A stretch of 64,000 bases of DNA from the NCBI GenBank assembly GCA_964544225.1, contig CAZIZK010000003.1, positions 8,419-72,418 on the forward strand. Reading direction: 5' to 3'. This document shows positions 28,642 to 38,158 of this stretch, one piece after another. The notes under the pieces are model-generated. The model made no database searches and was not told the DNA's origin. It saw only the letters and a list, made by a program, of their open reading frames with translations. The stretch is from an uncultured Candidatus Saccharibacteria bacterium (GTDB lineage Bacteria > Patescibacteriota > Minisyncoccia > Phycocordibacterales > UBA9973). The position numbers were made by a program, and so were the translations under genes. Every line of letters begins with the position of its first letter. Position 1 is the first letter of the stretch.

Positions 28642-29340
28642 TTATTTTTTATTACGCTTCCAATCCTCGATCTTTTTATGATCACCTGATAGTAGTACTT
28701 TTGGTACTTTATATTTCTTACCTTTATACTCAATTATTTCAGGGCGGGTATATATTTCAGGACTTGCCACCCTCTCCTCCTCGCGAGAGTCAAAATTACC
28801 CAAAACGCCCTCTATTTGACGAGAGATAGAGTCTATCAATATCATGGCTGGAATTTCCCCACCTGTAAGTACATAATCCCCTATTGATATCTGATCAACT
28901 TTGCCAAACTCTTTTGAAAGTATCTTATCTACTCGTGCATCGATGCCCTCGTACCTACCACATATCATGATAATGTCTGTATATTTCTTTACTGAATTTT
29001 TCGCATAAATAGTATCGAACTTTTTACCTGATGGCACGAAATTTATTATTTTGATTTTACTTACTTTTTTCTTTTCTATTTTTTTTACCACACTCTCTAC
29101 CGCTTTTATTATCGGCTCGGCCATCATCACCATACCCGGACCCCCTGCATATGGGCGCTCATCTACCTGTGCTGACACATTGCCATCTGGCCAAACTTTT
29201 TTATATTTACCAGTTACAAATTTACGAGGGTTAACAAAACTAACTTTTATCTTTTTTTCTTTCTGCGCCCGCGCCAAAATACTCTCGCCTAGATACGAGT
29301 CGAACATCTCTGGAAATAATGTAACGATGTGAAAATTCAT
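28642..29340 (-). CDS. trmD: tRNA (guanine-N1)-methyltransferase
   Basis: TLFPEMF, VDERPYAGGPGMVM, CGRYEGIDAR, SIGDYVLTGGE, YTRP, LLSGDH. Confidence 0.96.
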   Translation of the reverse strand: MNFHIVTLFPEMFDSYLGESILARAQKEKKIKVSFVNPRKFVTGKYKKVWPDGNVSAQVDERPYAGGPGMVMMAEPIIKAVESVVKKIEKKKVSKIKIINFVPSGKKFDTIYAKNSVKKYTDIIMICGRYEGIDARVDKILSKEFGKVDQISIGDYVLTGGEIPAMILIDSISRQIEGVLGNFDSREEERVASPEIYTRPEIIEYKGKKYKVPKVLLSGDHKKIEDWKRNKK

Positions 29341-29360
29341 AAAAACATACTACCATAAAA

Positions 29361-29392
29361 ATCAAAAAACCGCTCTAGAGCGGTTTTTTGAT
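29361..29392. terminator. Intrinsic terminator (perfect 32-bp palindrome)
   Basis: ATCAAAAAACCGCTCT|AGAGCGGTTTTTTGAT after khpA. Confidence 0.8.
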
Positions 29393-29410
29393 GATAGAGA
29401 TTTTAAAATT

Positions 29411-29785
29411 TTATATTCCTTTTAAGTCTTCCAATGCTGCGTCTACACTGCGAGATGCGTCGCCTTGTGCGGCTGGCATAGCGGCTGGTGTTGCAGGAGC
29501 TGCGTATTCACGAGGCTCACGTGGAGCGCGTGGTTCTGCACCTTCTGGTTCGTTTATCTTCAAGTTTACACGAGCGTTGTTCTTCATGCCTATAACACGT
29601 AGCAATGTGCGGATAGCCTTTGCTGTGTTACCCTGGCGACCAATTATCTTACCCATATCTGCCGGATTGACTGTCATTGTGATTAATACACCCATCTCAT
29701 CTACAGTACGATCCACCACAACATCGTTTGGGTTATCGACTAGAGCTTTTACGAGGTATTCTAGAAATGCTTTATCATCTGTCAT
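29411..29785 (-). CDS. khpA: KH-domain RNA-binding protein KhpA
   Basis: LVKALVDNP, DMGKIIGRQGNTAKAIRTLL; rpsP-khpA-trmD synteny. Confidence 0.9.
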   Translation of the reverse strand: MTDDKAFLEYLVKALVDNPNDVVVDRTVDEMGVLITMTVNPADMGKIIGRQGNTAKAIRTLLRVIGMKNNARVNLKINEPEGAEPRAPREPREYAAPATPAAMPAAQGDASRSVDAALEDLKGI

Positions 29786-29871
29786 ATTATCTTCTTTTTA
29801 ATGATCTTATTCTTAATATCTTGCAGTATATTTCGACTATGACTGCTGTACAATATTGTATCATAGTGCCA

Positions 29872-29905
29872 ACAAAAAACACAAACGAGAGTTTGTGTTT
29901 TTTGT
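29872..29905 (-). terminator. Intrinsic terminator after rpsP
   Basis: ACAAAAAACACAAAC-gaga-GTTTGTGTTTTTTGT. Confidence 0.7.
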
Positions 29906-29914
29906 TTATAATTT

Positions 29915-30220
29915 CTAAGCAGCTTTTAGTTCTTTACGCTTTTTTGTTGGAGACTTGCGTGAAAGTGCGTTCTTCTTCTTTGCTTCAATTATTTTCTTTG
30001 TAACAAGGAAGTTGTGAACTGTGTCTGATACTTGTGCACCATTCTTTACCCAGTGCAATATACGATCAGCTTTGAATTCTACAACACCTGCCTTTACATT
30101 GTATGAGCCCAATATTTCCAAGAATTTACCACTCTTTGTAGCATTCTTTGAGTCAGTCAAAACAACACGGAAAGCCGGGTCATTCTTACGTCCTGTTCTT
30201 TGTAATCTGATTTTTAACAT
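29915..30220 (-). CDS. rpsP: 30S ribosomal protein S16
   Basis: MLKIRLQRTGRKNDP.FRVV, EILGSYN, WVKNGAQVSDTV. Start at ATG 30220. Confidence 0.96.
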   Translation of the reverse strand: MLKIRLQRTGRKNDPAFRVVLTDSKNATKSGKFLEILGSYNVKAGVVEFKADRILHWVKNGAQVSDTVHNFLVTKKIIEAKKKNALSRKSPTKKRKELKAA

Positions 30221-30304
30221 ACGGTGTATATTAGCACGAACTATATAAAGAATCAAGAGCCCTGTAGGGATAGGGCGTATGCCTTTATATGCTATAATCT
30301 AAAT

Positions 30305-32359
30305 GTGAAAAATGAACTAAAAACTACCCACAAACACAAGGCAAGTAAAAAGGCTAAATATGGCAGTGATAAGCGTTACGACAAGAGCCATAATGTCAAA
30401 ATACATAGGCCCCATAATAACAAAAACACACCTAGAACAAGTACAGAACTAACGAGCCCTTTTGTAACTGGTCCTATTGCTATATCCCACAAAGGTACTG
30501 GTAAAGTGCGCATATTAGGCACCGACGACTTTGTAGAGATCGATCACAACTTCCTAGCTACAGCCTGCCATGGTGACACTGTAAAAGTAGCATTGTACCC
30601 AAAGGCCCGTGATAAAGAGCAGAAGGGTCATGTAGTGGAGATACTTCGCCGTTCCAAGCTAGGCTTTGCTGGTGTGTTAAAGAAGGAGCATGACATATAC
30701 TTCCTAATACCGGCAGACATACGTATGTATGCTGATATTATTATCCCCACTGAGAAATTAAATGGTGCACAAATAGGCCAGAAAATATTCGTAACTATTA
30801 CCGACTGGACCGACGCAAAGAAAGCGCCAATTGGTGAAGTAACCAAAGTCCTCGGTTCTCCTATGGAGCACAATGCCGAGATGGAAGCCATAGCACTGGA
30901 GAAAGGCTTCGATGCTACATTTCCACCAGAAGTTGTTGAAGAAGCAAACAAGATAAAAGCTCGCGGTATCACCGAGGCCGACATGAAGGACCGCCGTGAT
31001 ATGCGTGGTATTTCTACTTGTACTATTGATCCAGCCGATGCAAAAGACTTTGACGATGCGATATCATTTAAAAAGTTGGATGATGGCCACTTCGAAATAG
31101 GTGTGCACATTGCCGACGTGTCGCACTATGTAGTGCCAGGCACGGCCCTGGATAACGAGGCCAAGATGCGCGGTACATCGGTATACCTTGTGGACCGTAC
31201 TATACCTATGCTTCCAGAAGCACTTTCAAACGACTTGTGTAGTCTGAACCCAAATGTGGACCGACTCACCTTCTCTGCTGTATTTGATATCGACAAGAAC
31301 GGTGTTGTTCACAAGGAATGGTTCGGCAGGACTGTCATACACTCAGACAAGCGTTTCTCTTACGAAGAGGCCCAAGAAGTTTTGAATAAAAAGGAAGGTG
31401 AGATGTATTACGAGCTGGACACTCTGAACAACATAGCAAAGAAATTATTGAAGCAACGCTACAAAGACGGCGCTATATCACTGGAACAAGATGAAGTAAA
31501 ATTCAAGCTCGACGAGCGTGGTGTGCCTGTGTCTGTATATGTAAAGTCTCGCGGTGATACACACAAGATGATCGAGGAGTTGATGCTATTGGCAAATAGG
31601 CGCGTAGCAGAATTTATGTCACAGAAGAAGAAGGGTGGCCCAGGTGTATTCCTATACCGTGTGCATGACAAGCCCAACAAGGAACGCATGCAGGACCTAG
31701 CATTCTTCCTAAAGCGCCTCGGCTACAATGTAAAGATGAAGGATGGAATAATTCCAGCAGAGGAAATAAACATACTAGTAGAGAAGCTCGAGGGTAACCC
31801 CCTACGTGACACTGTACACACAGCTATCATCCGCACAATGGCAAAGGCAATATACACCACGAAGAATATTGGCCACTGGGGTCTGGCATTCAAGTTCTAC
31901 ACACACTTTACTTCACCTATCCGCCGATACCCCGATGTAATAGTGCACAGGTTACTTGCTGAATTCCAAGCTGGTATCGCAGTACCAAAGGAACGCTGGT
32001 TAGAGTACGAGGGTATGAGTATGGAAGCTTCCAGCCGTGAGAAGGAGGCCGCCGAAGCCGAACGCGCAAGTATCAAATATAAACAAGTCGAGTTTATGTC
32101 TACACGTATTGGTGAAGTCTTCGAAGGTATCATCACTGGTGTTACCGAATGGGGCCTATATGTAGAGGAGAAGAATACGAAATGTGAAGGTATGGTCCGC
32201 ATGCGTGAGCTAGGCGATGACTATTACACTTTCGAGAAGAAGCATATGAGTATCTATGGCAAAAAAACAAAGAAGAAGTATACACTAGGTGACAAAGTAA
32301 AGTTCAAGGTAAAGGGTGCCGACATGAACAAGAAGACTATCGACTATCTATTCGTATAA
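30305..32359 (+). CDS. rnr: Ribonuclease R
   Basis: TIDPADAKDFDDA, GVHIADVSHYV, RGTSVYL, YTHFTSPIRRYPD, C-terminal S1 domain. Likely GTG start at 30305. Confidence 0.95.
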   Translation: MKNELKTTHKHKASKKAKYGSDKRYDKSHNVKIHRPHNNKNTPRTSTELTSPFVTGPIAISHKGTGKVRILGTDDFVEIDHNFLATACHGDTVKVALYPKARDKEQKGHVVEILRRSKLGFAGVLKKEHDIYFLIPADIRMYADIIIPTEKLNGAQIGQKIFVTITDWTDAKKAPIGEVTKVLGSPMEHNAEMEAIALEKGFDATFPPEVVEEANKIKARGITEADMKDRRDMRGISTCTIDPADAKDFDDAISFKKLDDGHFEIGVHIADVSHYVVPGTALDNEAKMRGTSVYLVDRTIPMLPEALSNDLCSLNPNVDRLTFSAVFDIDKNGVVHKEWFGRTVIHSDKRFSYEEAQEVLNKKEGEMYYELDTLNNIAKKLLKQRYKDGAISLEQDEVKFKLDERGVPVSVYVKSRGDTHKMIEELMLLANRRVAEFMSQKKKGGPGVFLYRVHDKPNKERMQDLAFFLKRLGYNVKMKDGIIPAEEINILVEKLEGNPLRDTVHTAIIRTMAKAIYTTKNIGHWGLAFKFYTHFTSPIRRYPDVIVHRLLAEFQAGIAVPKERWLEYEGMSMEASSREKEAAEAERASIKYKQVEFMSTRIGEVFEGIITGVTEWGLYVEEKNTKCEGMVRMRELGDDYYTFEKKHMSIYGKKTKKKYTLGDKVKFKVKGADMNKKTIDYLFV

Positions 32360-32368
32360 ATATTTAAA

Positions 32369-33178
32369 ATGAACAAAAGTTTTAATAAAAATAAAAAAAA
32401 GATTGTTATAACAATACTTATATTGTTTGTATTATTTTTATGTACTTTTATACCAATACAAACATTATCAAAAAATAATAAATCTAATACCATCAATACT
32501 TCAGACACTTCAAATGTAGCCAGTATTTCAAAACAGGAAGTGTCAGAACAGAACAATAAAGATACTTATAAAGTCAATAATAAATATGACTTAGTTCCGA
32601 CAGACAAAATGATGAATTCTAAAGTTGTATTACTTACATTTGACGATGGCCCGACAAAACGAAGCCAAGATATAATAAAGATATTGTCAGAAGATAATAT
32701 AAAAACAATTTTCTTTATCAACGGTATTCATGATAAGGAAAATAAGGGTGTTATACAAAGCATGTTTGAAGCCGGCCACAGTATCGGCAACCATACTTGG
32801 GACCACCAGAACCTGTCCAAGATTAAATACGAGAAAGCTGTAAAAGAAATAGATGACAATTCAAAATTGATAAAGACTATTACAGGTGCGAACCCAACAT
32901 TCTTCCGATCACCGTTTGGCATGAGCACCAAAGAGACTCGCGAATATGTAAAAAGTTCTGGCATGCTAGCTATGAACTGGTCAGCATCAGTAAAAGATTG
33001 GGAAAGTAACACAAAGAATAAAGATGTATTTATAAAGAATGTCATGCAGGACCTGCACCCAGGCGCTATCATACTTCTACACGAACATCCACATACAGTA
33101 GCCTTCCTCCCCGACCTTATCGAGGCTATAAAATCCGCCGGCTACACATTCATCACCCCATCACAAATCGTACAATAA
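32369..33178 (+). CDS. Membrane-anchored polysaccharide (peptidoglycan) deacetylase, CE4/NodB family
   Basis: LTFDDGP, GNHTWDH, FRSPFG, GAIILLHE, N-terminal TM. Confidence 0.92.
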   Translation: MNKSFNKNKKKIVITILILFVLFLCTFIPIQTLSKNNKSNTINTSDTSNVASISKQEVSEQNNKDTYKVNNKYDLVPTDKMMNSKVVLLTFDDGPTKRSQDIIKILSEDNIKTIFFINGIHDKENKGVIQSMFEAGHSIGNHTWDHQNLSKIKYEKAVKEIDDNSKLIKTITGANPTFFRSPFGMSTKETREYVKSSGMLAMNWSASVKDWESNTKNKDVFIKNVMQDLHPGAIILLHEHPHTVAFLPDLIEAIKSAGYTFITPSQIVQ

Positions 33179-33229
33179 AAAACAGCCGAAAGATTTCTCT
33201 TCCGACTGCTTGTAAAATTGTTTGCGAAG

Positions 33230-33727
33230 TTATTTTTGACCTCCAACAACACCGGTCTCAGGAAAGTATCCATGATTGAATGTAAAGTCTTGGTCAGACT
33301 CAAACTCATCTTGTTTAATTTCTTGTTGCCATTCAATTCCTTTCAAATTTCCAATATGGAAATTCAACTGGTAAGGCTGAACCATTGACATGATATATCT
33401 CTTGAAAAGAGTATTTTCATCATAATCACCATCAACAATCTTATCAAACTCTTCTTTGTTCCAAAAACGAATTGTTGCCAATTCATTCCCGTCAAAAGTA
33501 AGATTGATGCCTTTTGTATCGTTGATTGTGATTTCTTTGTCTTCTGGTGCAACCTTTTTAGGCCCAAATAATCCTTTCAAACCAGCTTGTTTGATTTTTC
33601 TTTCTTTCGAAAGATAACAAACAGTAACAGAGGAAATTGTTTTGGTTGAAATAATTTCCTTTAGTTCCAGTGATTCACCATTATGTGTAAATACTGGATT
33701 TGCGTTAAAAATGTTTTCGTTGTTCAT
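33230..33727 (-). CDS. Hypothetical protein
   Basis: 165-aa ORF with its own consensus promoter. Confidence 0.7.
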   Translation of the reverse strand: MNNENIFNANPVFTHNGESLELKEIISTKTISSVTVCYLSKERKIKQAGLKGLFGPKKVAPEDKEITINDTKGINLTFDGNELATIRFWNKEEFDKIVDGDYDENTLFKRYIMSMVQPYQLNFHIGNLKGIEWQQEIKQDEFESDQDFTFNHGYFPETGVVGGQK

Positions 33728-33750
33728 TTTGTGTTATTTAATTTTTGTAT

Positions 33751-33779
33751 ATTATATCACTTTTTGGTGTATTTGTCAA
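33751..33779 (-). promoter_or_regulatory. Consensus sigma70 promoter
   Basis: TTGACA, 17 nt, TATAAT (perfect consensus) upstream of the 165-aa ORF. Confidence 0.85.
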
Positions 33780-33781
33780 AT

Positions 33782-33810
33782 AAAATACCCTTACTATGTA
33801 AGGGTATTTT
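33782..33810 (-). terminator. Intrinsic terminator after smc
   Basis: AAAATACCCTTAC-tat-GTAAGGGTATTTT. Confidence 0.75.
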
Positions 33811-33877
33811 GAGGCAATGAGGGTATTCCCCTCTCATTATCAAGGAGAGGGGTCGAGACGGTAGTCCGAGGGAGAGG
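33811..33877. repeat. REP-like GC-rich palindromic sequence after the smc stop
   Basis: CCCCTCTC-n9-GAGAGGGG followed by GAGGGAGAGG. Confidence 0.45.
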
Positions 33878-36148
33878 TTATTTAGCGTAGCTTTTGGCGT
33901 CGTCAAGCTTGATAGATAGGAGCTTCGATACCCCATCGGCACCTACTGTCACACCGTATAGTACTTGGGCTCGAGACATTGTCTCACGATTGTGTGTTAC
34001 CACTATTAGCTGTGAGTATTTCGATAGGTTCTCGAGCATGTTACCGTACTTGCGAGAGTTTGCTTCATCTAGGGCCGCATCGGTCTCGTCTAGCACTAGG
34101 AATGGTGGTGGATTCACCTGTGACATAGCAAAGAGTAGTGCAATAGATGTCAGTGATCTTTCCCCACCAGAAAGCATATGCAAGTCGCGCACCTTCTTGT
34201 GAGGAAGCGACACATTGATATCTACTCCCCTTTCAAATTGCAATTCACCCTCGCCTTCCTCACCTTCCATATCCTCCTCATCATATTCATCTTTACTCTT
34301 GCGCGGGCGCTTGTGCTCCAATACAACTGACAGGAATGCAGTTCCACCACCGAACATAAGTGCGAAGAATTCTTGGAATTGTTTATTGATCTTCTCTACA
34401 CCTTGTTTGAATTCGTTATCCAAAGTCTCCTTCAATTCACTAATAAGTGATCGTAGTGACACCATACTAGTATTCAAGTCCTCCAACTCACGAGCCAGGA
34501 ACGTGTCACGCTCAACTGTGTCATTGTATTCCTTTGTTACTTCGCTACTGTTACCCAGGCCTGCATCCTCGAGCTTTATCTTTATCCTCTCTATCTTTCT
34601 TCTTGTTTCCTCTTGCATTGTACGGTCTGGCATATCAGTCACTACATTGGTCTCGTTGCGCATACCTTCCTGCGCATATACTAGAGCTTCACGACCCACA
34701 ATTGTGCCAGCCTCTTGGACCTCGGTCTCGAACATGTTCTTTATTACTTGCAACTTCTCCTCTTCAAAGCGAAGTGAGTGGAGTGACGAATTGAGTTCGT
34801 TCTTTTGTTGCAACAATTCGTAGCGAACCTTCTCGCTATCACGGATAGTGTTCGTGCGCGAACGATCCTCGTCTTCCAATACTTTTATTTTGTCTTGTAT
34901 TGTCTTCTCATCTGTTTTTATATTTTCTACCTCTTTGAGTATATTATCGCGTTCAGCTGACAAAGTTTTTATCTTTGCTTCTACCTCGTGTTTCTTTGTA
35001 TTGTCGGTACCTTTTATATTATTTGAAATTGTTTTCAGGCTATCACGAAGTGACTTTAGTATTGTTACAGTACTATCCATATCATTACTTGCGATAGCCT
35101 TGTCGATCTCCACCTCGCACATATTGATCATGCTCTTCCACTCGCCTTCAGTGATCATCTTCTCGGGCTCGGTGTCGCCATCGAGTTCCTCTTTTGCATT
35201 ATCGAGCATCGCCTCAAGACGGCCCAATGTGCGTGACAAGTCCGACGATGCAGAGCGCAGTTTGTATGCTTCGCTATTTAGTTCGTTAATCTCCTTTTGG
35301 TTAGTTTCCTGTTCGGCCTCTGCCTGCGGTAGAAGTGCGATACGTTCTTCGATAGCCAAGATCTTCTCATCTAGTATCCGGCGCTCATGTTGCAGGCGCT
35401 TTGACTCGACTGACACATACATACCCTCGGCAAATAGGTACTTTTTATAAAGCTCTGCCAATTCGTCACGCAATGATTGCGCCTTTTCGATCTTCTCCAC
35501 CTGCTTCTTTAGGAATGCCATATGTGGGGCAATTTCACGGCGTAGTGATGACACCTCTTTCATATTTAATTCGGTCTTCTCCAGCTTCTTCTCGCTTTCT
35601 TTTATACGGTATTGATACACTTTCAAACCCAATGCATCTTCAATCATACTTCGGCGATCTTTTGATGAAGCATTCAATACACGGTCTGCCTCGCCTTGGG
35701 ATATGATATGGTGGCCCGATGTACCGATATTTACCGATGCAAGTAGATCCACAACATCCTTTAGGCGTACTTCGGATCCATTGATAATATATTTATTTGA
35801 TCCATCGGCATATACCTCACGAGTTATCTTGATCTCGTCAAAGTCCAGTTGCACACCAAGCCCACTATTAGTAAAAGCAAAAACCTTTTTGCTATTGTCG
35901 AATGTAATAGTCACAGATGCACGTGAGCCTTGTGATGTAGTCTTTGAGCCTTTGAATATTAGGTCGATACCGCCCTTACCACGCAGACTCTTCATGCTCT
36001 GCTCACCTAGTACGAATCGGATAGACTCTACAATATTACTCTTGCCAGAACCATTTGGCCCCACTACAGCTGTTACAGGCGTAGTAAAATCTACGATACT
36101 CTTCTTACCGAAAGATTTAAAACCATTTAGTTCTAGACTTTTTAACAT
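33878..36148 (-). CDS. smc: SMC-family ATPase, short (756 aa), no recognisable hinge
   Basis: GFKSF, VGPNGSGKSN, ISQG, LSGGERSL, FLVLDETDAALD, VVTHN, long coiled coils; next to rnc. Confidence 0.9.
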   Translation of the reverse strand: MLKSLELNGFKSFGKKSIVDFTTPVTAVVGPNGSGKSNIVESIRFVLGEQSMKSLRGKGGIDLIFKGSKTTSQGSRASVTITFDNSKKVFAFTNSGLGVQLDFDEIKITREVYADGSNKYIINGSEVRLKDVVDLLASVNIGTSGHHIISQGEADRVLNASSKDRRSMIEDALGLKVYQYRIKESEKKLEKTELNMKEVSSLRREIAPHMAFLKKQVEKIEKAQSLRDELAELYKKYLFAEGMYVSVESKRLQHERRILDEKILAIEERIALLPQAEAEQETNQKEINELNSEAYKLRSASSDLSRTLGRLEAMLDNAKEELDGDTEPEKMITEGEWKSMINMCEVEIDKAIASNDMDSTVTILKSLRDSLKTISNNIKGTDNTKKHEVEAKIKTLSAERDNILKEVENIKTDEKTIQDKIKVLEDEDRSRTNTIRDSEKVRYELLQQKNELNSSLHSLRFEEEKLQVIKNMFETEVQEAGTIVGREALVYAQEGMRNETNVVTDMPDRTMQEETRRKIERIKIKLEDAGLGNSSEVTKEYNDTVERDTFLARELEDLNTSMVSLRSLISELKETLDNEFKQGVEKINKQFQEFFALMFGGGTAFLSVVLEHKRPRKSKDEYDEEDMEGEEGEGELQFERGVDINVSLPHKKVRDLHMLSGGERSLTSIALLFAMSQVNPPPFLVLDETDAALDEANSRKYGNMLENLSKYSQLIVVTHNRETMSRAQVLYGVTVGADGVSKLLSIKLDDAKSYAK

Positions 36149-36153
36149 ATTTA

Positions 36154-36849
36154 TTAATCAAGCCAATTTTTATTTTCTAATGCGGCACGTGCAGCTGCCT
36201 GCTCGGCCTCTTGCTTACTCTTGCCTTTGCCTTCAGCTACGCGAGTGTTACCAAAGAATATTCCAATAGTAAAATGCTTGTCGTGGTCAGGACCCGACTC
36301 GTTCAGTACTTTGTATGAAGGTGTTACATTTTCATGCTCTTGGCATTTCTCTTGCACTAGACTTTTTGCATCACGCCATAGCTTCTTCTCCACTATTTCA
36401 TCGAGGCGCCCTAACAATGTTTCAATTATAAATTTATCTGCCACTTCATAACCTTGGTCCATATACACAGCACCTACATAAGCCTCGTAAGTATTGGCTA
36501 GTATGTATGTGCGGGCTTTGCCGACATCTTTGGCTTCGCCACGTGACAGGTGCAGGTATTCATTCATATTTAACCCTGCAGCCACTTCACCAATGATCAC
36601 TGCATTTACGAGTGATGAGCGATAAGCTGTCAGCTCGCCTTCATCACGATCGGGATATTTCTTGTAAATATAATCTGTAACTGACAATTCCAAAACGGCG
36701 TCACCTAGGAACTCTAGGCGCTCGTTGTGCGAAACTTTATTGTGAACATTTTCATTTATATATGATCGATGTGTAAAAGCCTGCTCTAAAAGTAGCTTGT
36801 TTTTAAATACGATCCCTGTGCTTTCTTCGAATCCTGTAAAATTAATCAT
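36154..36849 (-). CDS. rnc: Ribonuclease III
   Basis: AFTHRSY, NERLEFLGDAVL, C-terminal dsRBD (GPDHDK.F, SKQEAEQAAA). Confidence 0.97.
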   Translation of the reverse strand: MINFTGFEESTGIVFKNKLLLEQAFTHRSYINENVHNKVSHNERLEFLGDAVLELSVTDYIYKKYPDRDEGELTAYRSSLVNAVIIGEVAAGLNMNEYLHLSRGEAKDVGKARTYILANTYEAYVGAVYMDQGYEVADKFIIETLLGRLDEIVEKKLWRDAKSLVQEKCQEHENVTPSYKVLNESGPDHDKHFTIGIFFGNTRVAEGKGKSKQEAEQAAARAALENKNWLD

Positions 36850-37759
36850 TTTTCTTTGTTAGTATTTCTATTGCTTTTGTAAGTAGTGGTATCATGTTGT
36901 CATACATTTTCAGTGTTGGCACCTCTGACAGTTCGAACCATTTTGCATCGTCTAGTCCCCCTGTACCTTTCTCTAGTACTATTTCTGTATATTCAGACTC
37001 ACCTAGGAAGAACACTACCTGCTTGCGGATCTTGCCGTCTATTGGATGAGTAGCTATGTATTCATTGCGTCCGAGCATCTCGATGATCTTTATATCCAGA
37101 CTCATCTCTTCCTTTATCTCGCGCATTGCGCCTTGCTCCTCGTTCTCGCCGTCTTCGATACTACCTTTTGATAGTGTCCAGTAGCCGAACACGTCGTGCA
37201 CGAATGCGAAATATATCTTGCCATCGTGGCGTGAGTACACTACAGCCCCGGCCTTCTTCTCGATCGGGAACTTGGCAGGGTCAGTCTCTACATGCTTCTT
37301 TTGGAACTTCTTTGGGTTTATGTCGTCTTTACCTGGTTCACCTATTTCTTTGTACACAGCACCTAGAACTCCGTTTACGAAACGGCTAGAATTTTCCCCA
37401 CCAAAGCTCTTTGCAAGTTCGATTGATTCATTGATAGCCACTTTTGGAGGGACCTGTGTCCTGTCGCCAAAGATAAGCTCATATAGGCCGAGGCGTAGTA
37501 TGTTGCGATCAACCATAGATATCTTCTCCAAAGGCCAGTCAGGTGCAGCCTTCTCTATTATTTCATTTAGGATGGAAACTTTCTTCAATACACCATTGAA
37601 TAGTTCTTCGATGAATTTGTTGTCGTTGAGCCCTGGACCAAATTCCTCGATATTGCGAGATAGCATTTCACTCGGATTCTCCTTGTCTTTTGAGACAGCA
37701 AAATCCCACTCAAAGAGTGTCTGCAGAACTATTGAACGTGAAAGGTGCCTGTTTGCCAT
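36842..37759 (-). CDS. nusB: Transcription antitermination factor NusB fused to a C-terminal Nudix hydrolase
   Basis: RHLSR...LFEWD, VDRNILRLG.YEL, VAINESIELAK.FG, FVNGVLG; then the Nudix box KGSIEDGENEEQGAMREIKEEMSL. Confidence 0.92.
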   Translation of the reverse strand: MANRHLSRSIVLQTLFEWDFAVSKDKENPSEMLSRNIEEFGPGLNDNKFIEELFNGVLKKVSILNEIIEKAAPDWPLEKISMVDRNILRLGLYELIFGDRTQVPPKVAINESIELAKSFGGENSSRFVNGVLGAVYKEIGEPGKDDINPKKFQKKHVETDPAKFPIEKKAGAVVYSRHDGKIYFAFVHDVFGYWTLSKGSIEDGENEEQGAMREIKEEMSLDIKIIEMLGRNEYIATHPIDGKIRKQVVFFLGESEYTEIVLEKGTGGLDDAKWFELSEVPTLKMYDNMIPLLTKAIEILTKKND

Positions 37760-37829
37760 ATTTTGTACTATAAATAGTAACTCGTTATTAGTGGCAATAA
37801 TATTACCACCAAAGACTAACTACCAAAAA

Positions 37830-38039
37830 CTACTTTGACTTTTTTGCCTGCTTTTTCTCTACCTTCTTCACCACATCTAATACCTTTCGGCCGCGGTAGA
37901 ATCCACAAGCTTCACACACAGTGTGTGTTAGGCGAGGCTTTCCACAATTAGAACAAGCTGAAAAGTTCTTCCCTTTCAGTGCGTGATGTGAACGGCGGTT
38001 CCCTGTGTGGGAACGTGTATGTCTCATTCGTATTACCAT
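37830..38039 (-). CDS. rpmF: 50S ribosomal protein L32
   Basis: RRSHHAL, CSNCG...HTVCEACGFYRG. Confidence 0.93.
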   Translation of the reverse strand: MVIRMRHTRSHTGNRRSHHALKGKNFSACSNCGKPRLTHTVCEACGFYRGRKVLDVVKKVEKKQAKKSK

Positions 38040-38158
38040 ATAAAGGCATTATACTCGTTTTCCCTAAAAATGCAAGAATCTATGGGTATAATGGGCAAAT
38101 AAAAAAGGCCCCGTATGTACAAGTACAGTCGGTGCCTTTATAAAAAAATAGTCTTGAC

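Noticed and set aside
30224-30304. ORF-track N-terminal extensions (rnr 30224, rpsP 30256, uvrA 4556, 4565, 16979, proS 11706)
   Set aside because: The extensions run through promoter or intergenic DNA. Downstream starts fit the protein families and the -10 spacing better.
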